Assembly (NCBI GenBank): GCA_965200355.1
Contig: OZ241351.1
Coordinates: 1,564,163 to 1,628,162, forward strand
Direction of reading: 5' to 3'
From: an uncultured Candidatus Binatia bacterium
GTDB taxonomy: Bacteria > Desulfobacterota > Binatia > Bin18
DNA: 64,000 bases
In this document: positions 10,030 to 19,138 of the stretch, one piece after another
Numbering within the stretch: position 1 is the stretch's first letter
Layout: every line of letters starts with the position of its first letter
Notes under the pieces: model-generated
What the model was told of the DNA's origin: nothing
What the model saw: the letters and a program-made list of their open reading frames with translations, nothing else
Database searches by the model: none
Made by a program: the position numbers and the translations under genes

Positions 10030-10150
10030 CCCCTCACCCTAGCCCTCTCCCTCCAGGGGAGAGGGAATGTAGGGGCAAGCCGCTATGTCTACGACTGCGA
10101 CCATGTGTTTCTCCGAGAGGGAATGTAGGGGCAACCCCCTGTGGTTGCCC
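10030..10150. repeat. Two copies of a dispersed REP-like repeat (core AATGTAGGGGCA(A/C)CCCCCTGTGGT(G/T)GCCCGGC) plus a 9-bp-stem hairpin CCCTCTCCC/GGGAGAGGG
   Basis: GAGAGGGAATGTAGGGGCAA occurs at ~10047 and ~10115. The same core recurs at 36666, 36745 and 37333. Confidence 0.8.
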
Positions 10151-10170
10151 GGCCGCTGTCTCTCAATCCC

Positions 10171-10917
10171 TCAGCCCTCTTCGAGCGCGTCAAGCCGTTC
10201 GATAGCGGGCAGAATGGCGCGTTCGGCATATTCGAGGTCTTGCGGAAAGTCGATTTCCGTCCAGGGCAGGTCGTCAACCCGCTCAAAGCCAGCAGGGTGC
10301 TGAGCCAGCAACACCGAAAAGGCTTCTTCGTGCTCAATGGTGTCTCGGCCCTGAGCCACACAGTCCTCAAGAATAGAGCGGAGGAGCGGGACGGCCTCTC
10401 GGGCGACCTTGAAAAAACCGACCGACTCGCCCACGAGGTCGTAGTCACCCGCGCCACCCCGGATAATGGTCAGCACCCGCCCGGCCCGGGTGAGCAGCAT
10501 TTGTTCCTCGCCGGTATTCTCGGAACTCGGGTCAAGTAAGAAGCAGCTGGCATGTCTGGAGTGCACTAAGCGTTTCAGCAAACGCACCGGGAACAGCACA
10601 TCGGCGTCCATGACCAGCAGGTCGGCATCAAACTCGTGACGCGCGCTCCAGAGCGACAGAATGGCCCCCTTTTTGTACTGCTCGTTCCTGATATAGCGCA
10701 CGGCCACCGGGCCGCAGCGCGCGCCGATTGCTTTGACAATCAGGGCTCCCCGATAGCCGATCACGATAACCGCTTCTCTGACCCCAGCCGCGCCCAACGC
10801 GGTGAGGGTGCGTTCGAGCAGGGTCTTGCCATTGACCTGAATCAAACATTTGGGCCGCTGGTCGGTGGCGGCCTGAAGGCGTTTGCCAACGCCGGCCGCA
10901 AGGATAATGGCCTTCAT
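10171..10917 (-). CDS. LicC/MobA-like nucleotidyltransferase (candidate cytidylyltransferase for a phospho(no)-alcohol such as 2-aminoethylphosphonate or phosphocholine)
   Basis: MKAIILAAGVGKRL...KCL signature of sugar/phosphoalcohol NTP-transferases. 248 aa. Last gene of the minus-strand operon; 4-nt overlap with the aminotransferase. Confidence 0.65.
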   Translation of the reverse strand: MKAIILAAGVGKRLQAATDQRPKCLIQVNGKTLLERTLTALGAAGVREAVIVIGYRGALIVKAIGARCGPVAVRYIRNEQYKKGAILSLWSARHEFDADLLVMDADVLFPVRLLKRLVHSRHASCFLLDPSSENTGEEQMLLTRAGRVLTIIRGGAGDYDLVGESVGFFKVAREAVPLLRSILEDCVAQGRDTIEHEEAFSVLLAQHPAGFERVDDLPWTEIDFPQDLEYAERAILPAIERLDALEEG

Positions 10918-12002
10918 CGCCTCCCCCCTGTCAACACTGCTTTCAGGGCCTCAAGAAAACGCTGAAAATCGTCCAGGGTCAGATGGCCCATATTGGCCAC
11001 GCGGAAGATATCGGTGCGGAGTTTGCCCTGCCCCTCGTAAATGACAAAGCCTCGTTGTTTGAGGCCGGCGTGTAAATCGGGATAGGAAACGCCCTGGGGT
11101 AAGACGAGAGAGGTCAGGGAGTTCGACCGCAATGCTGGCGGAAGGAGAAAGGCGAGGCCGAGTTGTGCAAAGCCGTTGCGCAGGAATTGCGCGGCCAGAC
11201 GGTAGCGTTCGACCCGTCCCGCTGGTGTTTCCGCCAGGAGTTCGTCAAGGGCAGCGTCGAGTGCATACCAGGCCGGGATGGCCGGAGTAAAAGGGATGCT
11301 GCGTCGTTCCTGGGCCTCCCAGTGCAGGGGCAGGTGGAGATATAACGAACGACGGGGAGCGTCCTGCATGGCTGCCATGACTTCGTTCCGAACCAACACA
11401 AAGGCTACACCCGGCTGGCCTTGGATACATTTGTTTGCCGTACAGGCGCACAGGTCCACGCTGTCACGCCCAACATCGAGGTCTTCGCCGCCCAGCGCAC
11501 TCACTGCGTCCAGCAGAAACAACCGGCCCTGCCGGCGCACGATACGGCCAATTTCCGTTACCGGGTTGAGCAGGCCGGTTGTGGTCTCATGCTGGACCAG
11601 GGCCACGGCCGTAATAGCGGGGTCAGCGCTCAAGGCAGAGGCAATCTGCTCCGGGTTGGGCGCTTGGGTCCAGGCATAGGTCAGTTCTACGGTCGGGATA
11701 CGGTGGGCTTCGGCCATCTGGCGCATCCGGTCGCCATAGACGCCGTTGTTAATGACGAGGAGCTTTCCGCCCGCGGGCAAGGCTGAGGCAATCATGGCCT
11801 CAACCGCCAGGGTGCCCGAGCCGCTGACCACCACCCCGGTATAGCCCTCCGGGGCGAACGCCTGGAGGAGCTTGGCGCGCACCGCGGCCAGCAGGTCGGC
11901 AAATTCTGCTTCGCGGTGGCAGAGGTCTCCCCGCAGCAGGGCCTGCCGGACACGTGGAGAAACATTGACCGGGCCGGGGTTCAGAAGAATGTATTGCTGC
12001 AT
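10914..12002 (-). CDS. phnW: Class-V aminotransferase, 2-aminoethylphosphonate:pyruvate aminotransferase (PhnW)-like
   Basis: Start taken at MQQYILLNPGPVNVS (ATG at 12002), not the longer ORF start that overlaps the upstream gene. Motifs LLNPGP, ANKCIQGQPGVAFV and FRVANMG parallel PhnW/AGT-family enzymes. Confidence 0.6.
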   Translation of the reverse strand: MQQYILLNPGPVNVSPRVRQALLRGDLCHREAEFADLLAAVRAKLLQAFAPEGYTGVVVSGSGTLAVEAMIASALPAGGKLLVINNGVYGDRMRQMAEAHRIPTVELTYAWTQAPNPEQIASALSADPAITAVALVQHETTTGLLNPVTEIGRIVRRQGRLFLLDAVSALGGEDLDVGRDSVDLCACTANKCIQGQPGVAFVLVRNEVMAAMQDAPRRSLYLHLPLHWEAQERRSIPFTPAIPAWYALDAALDELLAETPAGRVERYRLAAQFLRNGFAQLGLAFLLPPALRSNSLTSLVLPQGVSYPDLHAGLKQRGFVIYEGQGKLRTDIFRVANMGHLTLDDFQRFLEALKAVLTGGRR

Positions 12003-12006
12003 CACC

Positions 12007-12606
12007 TCAGTGTCCTGTGGTCCTCTGCCGGCTTGCGATGGCCTGCATAAAGCGCCTGACGATGTGCTGTGGCGCGTGCGTAATCCGACCGATATGCCGC
12101 TCCTCCCGGTCTGGCGCAATTTTAATCAGCAGAAAGGACGGTCCCTTTTTTTCGGACAGGTCTGGTGCCAGCATCTCCTGCGCCGCGGCGCGTAATTGGT
12201 CGGCATCCTCCGCGTGGCGCACATCAACATAGCCGCTCGCCCGCGCCACTGCATCGAGCGCTACGCGGCTGGAAATCGTCGGCTGGTTGCCTGTCGAGCC
12301 GTAGACTTCGTTATCAAAAACCATATGGACCAGATTGCGGGGCTGCTGCGCGCCAATCAGGGCGAGTGCGCCCATATTCATCAGGACATTGCCATCACCG
12401 TCAAAGACGACCACGCGCCGCTCGGGTTTGCTCAGGGCCACCCCAAGTGCAATGGACGCAGCCAGGCCCATTGAGCCGATCATGTAAAAATTGCCGAGCC
12501 GGTCCTCAAGATTGAAGGACTCCCGCGCAATAAACCCATTTGCATGGACTACCAGGGCGTCTTGCAGGACAGGGACCACCACCCCCAGGGCCTGGGCTAG
12601 GTTCAT
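12007..12606 (-). CDS. Phosphonopyruvate/sulfopyruvate decarboxylase, beta (C-terminal TPP-binding) subunit
   Basis: GNFYMIGSMGLAASIALG...DGDGNVLMNMGAL...NEVYGSTGNQ is the ThDP-binding C-terminal domain of the Ppd/ComE family. ATGA overlap with the alpha subunit. Confidence 0.65.
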   Translation of the reverse strand: MNLAQALGVVVPVLQDALVVHANGFIARESFNLEDRLGNFYMIGSMGLAASIALGVALSKPERRVVVFDGDGNVLMNMGALALIGAQQPRNLVHMVFDNEVYGSTGNQPTISSRVALDAVARASGYVDVRHAEDADQLRAAAQEMLAPDLSEKKGPSFLLIKIAPDREERHIGRITHAPQHIVRRFMQAIASRQRTTGH

Positions 12607-13088
12607 GCGGCCACTCCAGGCGGGAGAATCAGCGCCGCCGGGCGACTGGTCTGCTTCAGGGTCGAGGCCGCCCAGCCAATCGCGTCCTCAAGGGTCTGTT
12701 CTTCAAGCACCCGGTACGGAATTTTCAGGGTGGATAACAAGGCGGGCAGGATGTCGCCCATAATAAGATGCTCCGGCGCATCCTTGCCCTGATAGCCGCG
12801 CCACGTAATCAGCAGCAGACAGGGCAGGGCATAGATCAAACTGAGAGAAGACAGGGCATTCAGGCAGACCCCCAGACCCGAGTTCTGCATAATGACAACG
12901 GGTTGTTTGCCTGCCATATAGGCTCCTGCGGCCAGGCCCACCGCCGCGTCCTCGCGCGTCTCGGCAATATAGCCCCCCCGTTCTTCAAGCGTGGCAATCA
13001 CCCCCTTGACCAAGGAGCACGGCACTCCGGTAAAAAAATCAAAGCCGGCCTGCCTGAGATGGTGCACAAAATGGGGTCCACTGACCAT
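12603..13088 (-). CDS. Phosphonopyruvate/sulfopyruvate decarboxylase, alpha (N-terminal pyrimidine-binding) subunit
   Basis: 161 aa; FFTGVPCSLVKGVI...VVIMQNSGLG is typical of the ComD/Ppd N-domain. The split 161 + 199 aa architecture matches ComDE sizes. Confidence 0.65.
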   Translation of the reverse strand: MVSGPHFVHHLRQAGFDFFTGVPCSLVKGVIATLEERGGYIAETREDAAVGLAAGAYMAGKQPVVIMQNSGLGVCLNALSSLSLIYALPCLLLITWRGYQGKDAPEHLIMGDILPALLSTLKIPYRVLEEQTLEDAIGWAASTLKQTSRPAALILPPGVAA

Positions 13089-13112
13089 GAGGGAACGGGC
13101 CTCCTTTTTGGG

Positions 13113-15980
13113 CTATTGGCTTGGTTGGGTCGGACTCAATCGGCTCACCTCACGCCCCCTGTCTCCTGTCGAGTCCTGCCCGGGGAGTGCTGGAGCGGCG
13201 AGCCTCGAATCCTGCCGGCTTCCTTCCGTTCGATATAAGAGCAGGGGCAGAATCACAATAGAGGCGAGCAGGACGCTCCCGACTGCCAGGGTCAGCAGGA
13301 GGCCCATGCTGAAAATGCCATAGTACTGAGCGACCATCAGACTCCCAAAGCCGACCATGGTCGTCAGCGAAAACAGCACAACCGCCTGGCCGGTACTGCC
13401 GGCAATCAGGCTGCCGACCGAGCCGACCTGACCGGCCCGAAAACGATGGACGAGATGGATACCATTCTCTACGCCAATGCCGATAATCAGGGGGGCGGCA
13501 ACCATATTGGCCAGATTAAATTGCACATTCCCCAGCCACATCAGGCCCGCGGTCCAGACCATGCCCAGACCGAGTGGCAGGACGGCCAGCAGGGCATCCG
13601 TGACCCGTCGGAGCGCCACAAAGGTGACAACCAGGATGGCGAGGAAGGCATACCCGGCCGCCTCAATATAACCGGCCTGCATCGCCCCAATAGACTCGTA
13701 GCCAATAATCGGGGAGCCGGTCACATCCGGGTCAACCGTGCGCAACTGCCGAATGAACTCCGTTAGTGGCTCGCGCTCCCAGATATTTTCCTTGGGATAG
13801 ATCTGTAAAAGAAACCGTTGGCCGTCGCGGCTGACAAAGCGGCTGCGCAACTGAGACGGGACATCCGCAAAGGTAATCGGCCCAGCCGGAGATAAATTAT
13901 TCTTGAGCAGAGACCATTTGTCCTGAAAGTCGACAAACAGCGCGTCCTGAAAAAGGGCCAGACGCTGCTGAACATTCTGTTCGGGCAGGGTGCGGAGCGC
14001 TTCAAAAACGGCCAGCAGATGATGGCGGGCCTCATGCAGGAGCGTTTCGCTGGTGTCTTCCTGGGTGCGAATTTTCAGACGGAGTTTATCCAGGGTCTGG
14101 GCCAGCGGCTTGACTGCCACCGGCTGGGGGTCCGTGCGGAGCGGAGGGAGCTCGCTCAGCAGCGGGCGCATAGCAGCAAGGATAGGCAGGCGTTCCTGTT
14201 GTCCGTCCGGAATCAGTGAGGCGACGCTCTCCACAGTTTCCACGCTGGACAGGGCGGCAAATGCCAGGGCCTTTTGCCGCGCCGCTTCTGGCGTCGAGGC
14301 GGTCGCCAAGGAGTTCCAGGACGAGCGTTCAGAGTTTTCAATGATGCGTTTTTCCCACTCAACAGACTCGGTGCCGTGCGCCTGGAGGTTCAGCAAATTA
14401 TAGTCAAAGGAGACCCAGGGCAGCGCCAGGAGTCCCGCCGCGGTGGCCAGGCCGGCGATGCCGAAGAGGACCCCGCTCTTCTGTTCGACGTATCGGCCCA
14501 GCCCAGAAAACGCTGTCTGCAAGAGCGTCTGTCGTCCGACGGCAACCCGCCAGGGCCAGAACGCATCCATCCCGACGATCATGGCCGGCAAGAACGTCAG
14601 AATCGCCACAACCGACAACAGAATGCCCCCGCCCGAAATGATGCCGAGTTCCTGCACGCCGCGAAAGTCCGCCAGTATGACCGCAAAAAAGGCGAGCGCG
14701 GTGGTCAGCGCCCCCGCAATAATGCTGGGGACGGTCTGTTCAAACACGATGGTAATGGCTTCGGCCTGGTTTTTGCCCTTGCCCCGCTCTTCCTCATAGC
14801 GGGTCATGAAATGGACGCCGAAGTCGTCGGCCAGGCCGAGCAGCATTGGGGCGATAAAGACGGTAATAATCGTCAGATGACCGACTGAGAGGGTGACAAA
14901 ACCCAGCGTCCAACTCAGACCGATCATGAGCGCTGAAACAATGAAGAGCGGGTGCCGAATTCGCCGGAAAAAGATCAAGTACAGGAGCGCAATACCCGAC
15001 AGGGACACCACGGTTGCCACGGCCGTATCGTGCTGAGCGCTGAGCATTTCATCATTGCCCAGCGCCTTTGTGCCGGTGACGCCAGCCTCCAGACCCGGAA
15101 ACTCCCCTTTCAACTCGGCAATCGCCTGCCGAATAGCGGCCATCGACTCCTGAAGGTCGTTGAAACCCGCGCTGGCGTCTTCTTTTGCCTCGACCATGAG
15201 GAAGAGGTATTGACGGTTCTCGGCAATGAGGAAGCCGTCATCATCGAGCTGGGCGGTCCCACCAAAAAACTCGGCCCAGGGAGAGCGGTAGCGGTAGTCT
15301 TGTCCGTGCAGCGCGCGTGCAATCTCCTGTAATAATGCGGTGAGGAAGGACAACTGAGAGTCGGAGAACTCACCCGAGTCCTCATCCAGCGGGGCTCCCA
15401 GCCCGAGGAAGTCGTCAACCAGATGCGACACAACGGCCCGACTGACTTGGGTGTTAATCGCCTCGAACAGCGTATTCAGACCGGGGTTTGTCAGCAACTC
15501 GTGAATGATCTCTTGCGAGTCTGCCAGACTCCGCTGTAAATCGCGCAGATCCTCAGCCGGCAGATAGAGCAGCTTCTTGCCCTCTAAGGAGGAAGCATCG
15601 ACGCGGTAAAAAATCTCGGCAATATGCTCCTGCTCCCGAGCGAGCCGTTCACCCAGACGGGTCACAAAGGCTTTGCCCTGGGGGATGTCTTGCGGGGCAA
15701 CCACCACCGCCACCTGATCCACCCCGACAAATTCTTCGGAATACTCTTCGTCGAGTTGCAGGTAGCGCTTATCGGTCGAAATCAGATCATTGCGGCCGGT
15801 GACGAGTTCGAGGTGGCGGGCGGTGTAGACCGAGGCCGCAACCGAAAGCAGGAGACACAGGGCCAGGGCCGTCTTGGCGTAGGCAACGATTCCCCGAGCG
15901 CAGGCTCGCAGGGCGCGTTTTTCCAGGGCAACGAGGCGGTGTTTCAAAGAAGGGCTGACCTGCACGGATACGGTCTCCAC
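13113..15980 (-). CDS. hpnN: RND/MMPL-family hopanoid transporter HpnN-like (955 aa)
   Basis: 12-TM RND topology with two large periplasmic loops. The size and MMPL-type motifs match HpnN. Sits in an operon with MlaC- and MlaA-like genes and next to hpnIJK. Confidence 0.75.
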   Translation of the reverse strand: METVSVQVSPSLKHRLVALEKRALRACARGIVAYAKTALALCLLLSVAASVYTARHLELVTGRNDLISTDKRYLQLDEEYSEEFVGVDQVAVVVAPQDIPQGKAFVTRLGERLAREQEHIAEIFYRVDASSLEGKKLLYLPAEDLRDLQRSLADSQEIIHELLTNPGLNTLFEAINTQVSRAVVSHLVDDFLGLGAPLDEDSGEFSDSQLSFLTALLQEIARALHGQDYRYRSPWAEFFGGTAQLDDDGFLIAENRQYLFLMVEAKEDASAGFNDLQESMAAIRQAIAELKGEFPGLEAGVTGTKALGNDEMLSAQHDTAVATVVSLSGIALLYLIFFRRIRHPLFIVSALMIGLSWTLGFVTLSVGHLTIITVFIAPMLLGLADDFGVHFMTRYEEERGKGKNQAEAITIVFEQTVPSIIAGALTTALAFFAVILADFRGVQELGIISGGGILLSVVAILTFLPAMIVGMDAFWPWRVAVGRQTLLQTAFSGLGRYVEQKSGVLFGIAGLATAAGLLALPWVSFDYNLLNLQAHGTESVEWEKRIIENSERSSWNSLATASTPEAARQKALAFAALSSVETVESVASLIPDGQQERLPILAAMRPLLSELPPLRTDPQPVAVKPLAQTLDKLRLKIRTQEDTSETLLHEARHHLLAVFEALRTLPEQNVQQRLALFQDALFVDFQDKWSLLKNNLSPAGPITFADVPSQLRSRFVSRDGQRFLLQIYPKENIWEREPLTEFIRQLRTVDPDVTGSPIIGYESIGAMQAGYIEAAGYAFLAILVVTFVALRRVTDALLAVLPLGLGMVWTAGLMWLGNVQFNLANMVAAPLIIGIGVENGIHLVHRFRAGQVGSVGSLIAGSTGQAVVLFSLTTMVGFGSLMVAQYYGIFSMGLLLTLAVGSVLLASIVILPLLLYRTEGSRQDSRLAAPALPGQDSTGDRGREVSRLSPTQPSQ

Positions 15981-16038
15981 TCACCCAACGCGCTGGGATG
16001 TCTCAGACGAAGAGAGGCGGGGGCAGCGAGGCCGGCGT

Positions 16039-16647
16039 TTATCCGGCCTCGTCGGTCTTGGCGTTTGCAATGATCTGCTGCATCCGCTTCACCAACTCTT
16101 CGTAGGACTGTTTGGACATGAGCGATTGCACTTGTCTGCGCAGGTTGCTGGCCATACTGACCCCGTCGAGCCGAACGTCCCAGATTTTCCATACGCCCTC
16201 CGACTGATTGAGCCGAAAACCGATGGTCACCCGCCCCTCATCTGGATTCACGACCGAGACCTCGGTCAGGGCCTCGTTGCCTTGCTGCTGCATGTCGCCG
16301 TATTCGAACTGGGTGTCCGCCAGAAATTCCGACGCTCTGGGGTAGGCCAGTTCACGCAGCAAGCGTGTCAAAAGGCCGATGAAATCAGCCTCCTTCTCTT
16401 GGCCGAGGGTGTCCCAGTGGGGTCCCATCAGCCAGCGCGACAGTTGCGTAATGGCCAGGTTTTTTTCGATCTCTTCATTGGTGCACTGCGGGGGAGCCGA
16501 GGGCAAACCAAAGTCTTGACCACACGACTGCATAGTCGAGAGCAGCCGCTCGGTCACCTCCGCCGGAGAATCTGCCCAGCCGAGCCGGGGAAAAAGGAGA
16601 CCGACCACCAAAAGGAGAATTGTGACCACGATCAAGCTCCTCAACAC
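16039..16647 (-). CDS. MlaC/Ttg2D-family periplasmic lipid-binding protein (HpnM-like)
   Basis: 202 aa with signal peptide. Size and pattern fit toluene-tolerance Ttg2D/MlaC proteins found in hpn clusters. Confidence 0.55.
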   Translation of the reverse strand: MLRSLIVVTILLLVVGLLFPRLGWADSPAEVTERLLSTMQSCGQDFGLPSAPPQCTNEEIEKNLAITQLSRWLMGPHWDTLGQEKEADFIGLLTRLLRELAYPRASEFLADTQFEYGDMQQQGNEALTEVSVVNPDEGRVTIGFRLNQSEGVWKIWDVRLDGVSMASNLRRQVQSLMSKQSYEELVKRMQQIIANAKTDEAG

Positions 16648-16688
16648 GCCAGTCGCCGTTTTCCTGATGTTTGCACGAGGCCGGCGGC

Positions 16689-17459
16689 CTATTCTGCGAT
16701 CTGCCTCTCCCGATTTTGCAGATAGAAGTCTTGCACTGCGCTATACATATCAAGAGAGTAGCGGTCCACACTCTCGAAGAGTTCCAGATTGAGAGAGCGT
16801 TCGTTGACCGCACTGCTGACCAGGGTGCCTGTATCCGTTGCCATGACTTCGACCGTGGATAAAAAATAGATCTTCGGGTCCATCGCTCCGTCAGCCACCC
16901 GGCCAATAGCATCGCGCACCGTGGAAGGGCCGATAAAGGGCAGCACCAGATACGGACCCGAAGCCACGCCATATTTCCCGAGCGTTTGCCCAAAGTCTTC
17001 TTCGCTGACTTCGAGTCCGAACTGCGTTTTGGCCACATCGAAAAAGCCGAACCCACCGACGGTTGTGTTAATCGCAAAGCGCCCGGCTTCCCGCGCCGCC
17101 CCGTCCAGCTTGAGCTGAAAGAGGCTATTCGCAAAGCGCGGCACAACCCCGATATTATGGAAAAAACGGCGCACGCTGAGACGCGCCGGCTCCGGCACCG
17201 CCCCGGCATAGGAACGGGCGACCGGGCGGAGAATATGTTCGTCCATCCAGATGTTGAAAGAGAACATCTTCTCATTAAAGGGTTCAAAAACAGACGGTTT
17301 GTACACCGGGGTGGATCTGTCAAGCATGTCCAGCGAGTCATCCAGCCCCGACTGCATTGCCCCATTCTGAGCCCCGGCCTTTGGCACATGCGGGCCAAGT
17401 CCGAGAACACTGACGAAACACACAACCATCATCACACCGCTCAGTCGTTGTTTTTGCAT
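16689..17459 (-). CDS. MlaA/VacJ-family outer-membrane lipoprotein
   Basis: Signal peptide, then conserved VacJ region (FNEKMFSFNIWMDEHILRPVARSY...GRFAINTTVGGFGFFDVA...LVLPFIGPSTVRD). Confidence 0.8.
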   Translation of the reverse strand: MQKQRLSGVMMVVCFVSVLGLGPHVPKAGAQNGAMQSGLDDSLDMLDRSTPVYKPSVFEPFNEKMFSFNIWMDEHILRPVARSYAGAVPEPARLSVRRFFHNIGVVPRFANSLFQLKLDGAAREAGRFAINTTVGGFGFFDVAKTQFGLEVSEEDFGQTLGKYGVASGPYLVLPFIGPSTVRDAIGRVADGAMDPKIYFLSTVEVMATDTGTLVSSAVNERSLNLELFESVDRYSLDMYSAVQDFYLQNRERQIAE

Positions 17460-17477
17460 TGTTCTACTCTCTGCATA

Positions 17478-17900
17478 CTAGGCGTTTCGGGTTGGCAGCA
17501 AAACGGTCGCCGTACCAATGACCCAGCGTTCGCCGTCATCGTTCTCCATCCAGATATCACACTCAGCCGTCCGTCGCTCCGTATCCTTCTGGGTGACAAA
17601 GCCGAGCAGGTGAATCGCGCAGTCGGGCAGGACCGGGCTGCGAAACGTCGTACCGATCCGGGTAATCTGGGCGGCTTGGTTCCACTCGCCGATCAGTCGG
17701 GCCAGCAAGCCCATACTCAGGACCCCAGGCGCGATCATGCCCGGCAGGCCCTCCTGGCGGGCCCCTTCGTCGTCCGTGAAGCGGGGGAAATCCATACCGG
17801 CCGTTTTGGCGTATTTGCGGACAAAATCCTTGGTCAGGAGCAGGTCGATAGGCGGCAACTCGTCGCCCTCTTCGACCTCTTCAAAATAGCGCGTCTTCAT
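17478..17900 (-). CDS. MaoC-like (hot-dog) enoyl-CoA hydratase subunit
   Basis: 140 aa hot-dog fold. ATGA overlap with the upstream MaoC-like partner gene. Confidence 0.65.
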   Translation of the reverse strand: MKTRYFEEVEEGDELPPIDLLLTKDFVRKYAKTAGMDFPRFTDDEGARQEGLPGMIAPGVLSMGLLARLIGEWNQAAQITRIGTTFRSPVLPDCAIHLLGFVTQKDTERRTAECDIWMENDDGERWVIGTATVLLPTRNA

Positions 17901-18340
17901 CGCTGCATAATCCTATGGTCAACAATCGCAACCTGCTGGCCGTCCTGGTTCGTGATCTTATTCCGCAGGACGATAAAATACATGGAGCCGCTGCGCCCGG
18001 TTTTCTCGTAAATATCGTGGATGGTGCTGACCATTTTCAGCCGGTCCCCGGGTCGGACTGGAGCAAAAATTTCAACATCACGTCCACCGTCAAAGCCGAC
18101 CTTGCCGAAACGCGGCATATGCTCGGGCGTCATTTTTTTGGGCCGGAGCCGGGTCACATACGTCGGAGCCGCCACCAGACCGCCATAGGGGCCGTTCGCA
18201 GCCGCTTCTGGGTCGGTGTAGAGCGGGTTGGTCTCTCCCAGCGCCTCGGCAAATTGCAGGATGTCGGCTGTCTCAACCGCTGGAAAGTCGGTTTCGTCAA
18301 ACACCTGGCCTAAAATGGACCGATCAAATTCCAGTGCCAT
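17897..18340 (-). CDS. MaoC-like (hot-dog) dehydratase subunit, partner of 17478..17900 (ChsH1/ChsH2-type split hydratase)
   Basis: 147 aa. Two adjacent small hot-dog proteins are typical of heteromeric MaoC hydratases. Confidence 0.65.
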   Translation of the reverse strand: MALEFDRSILGQVFDETDFPAVETADILQFAEALGETNPLYTDPEAAANGPYGGLVAAPTYVTRLRPKKMTPEHMPRFGKVGFDGGRDVEIFAPVRPGDRLKMVSTIHDIYEKTGRSGSMYFIVLRNKITNQDGQQVAIVDHRIMQR

Positions 18341-18351
18341 GCGTGTCTCCT

Positions 18352-19038
18352 CTACGCGCCCGACCCACCGTTGGGCGCCGGCCGGGCTGGGGTGCGTCGG
18401 ACCCGAAAATCAACCGGACGGTAGCCGCCGGTTCGGAGCGCCTCAACCAATTCTTCTGTATTCGTAATATCTTGCTCAAACGCGGTGGCGCAAATCCCGA
18501 CAAAGCTGACCAGATGGGCATCGCTGCCCCCAAAGGCGTGATAGCCATACGTATCAATCAGCGCGGCCACCCGTTCATTTTCGCCTTTTTTGCTGCCCCC
18601 GTTCAGAGCTTCAACGCCCACAACGCCGGCGAGCGGAGGACGGTTTGCATAGTGTTCAATCAGGCCGATAGTGGGCCGCCCTGGGTGACACGGCATGGCC
18701 ACCCCGCCCATGCGCGCCACTTCGTCAATCAACTCCTGGGCTCGCAGCCGGACGTTGGAGAAGTCGAAGCGTCGCAGCATGGCGTCGTTGACCCCATATA
18801 CCAGCACATGACCATACTCGGTCTCGACTTCAGACGCTTTAAGAATCAGCAGGTCATACTTATCTTCCAGCGCCCGGTAGTCACTCTGGGTGTCGAACTG
18901 ACGGTGTTCGGTCAGCACGATGCCGTCCAGCGGCCGTTCGCCTCGTTTCCGGGCCAGCCATTTGAGATAAGCCTCAACCGGGGCGCGGCTGTCGTCCGAG
19001 GCTTCAGAATGAAGGTGGAGGTCAATTACTCGTGCCAT
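18352..19038 (-). CDS. PHP-domain metal-dependent phosphoesterase
   Basis: MARVIDLHLHSEASDDS N-terminal His-rich PHP motif. 228 aa. Confidence 0.7.
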   Translation of the reverse strand: MARVIDLHLHSEASDDSRAPVEAYLKWLARKRGERPLDGIVLTEHRQFDTQSDYRALEDKYDLLILKASEVETEYGHVLVYGVNDAMLRRFDFSNVRLRAQELIDEVARMGGVAMPCHPGRPTIGLIEHYANRPPLAGVVGVEALNGGSKKGENERVAALIDTYGYHAFGGSDAHLVSFVGICATAFEQDITNTEELVEALRTGGYRPVDFRVRRTPARPAPNGGSGA

Positions 19039-19138
19039 GGGATATCTGCGTCAATGGTCAGCGTCATTTTTCTGGCTGCAAAATACGGCCCTATAGTGCC
19101 AGAAGCCAACGATTTGAGTCAATTGGGTCAGCCGAGTC

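Noticed and set aside
14274-14888. + strand ORFs inside hpnN (14274..14888, 15624..16073 and similar)
   Set aside because: Antisense to a 955-aa RND transporter whose frame is uninterrupted; composition is Arg/Gly/Gln-rich.
16475-18011. ORFs 16475..17425 (-), 16986..18011 (+) and 18334..19176 (+) overlapping the MlaA/MaoC/PHP genes
   Set aside because: Alternative-frame or antisense ORFs of annotated genes; no signatures.
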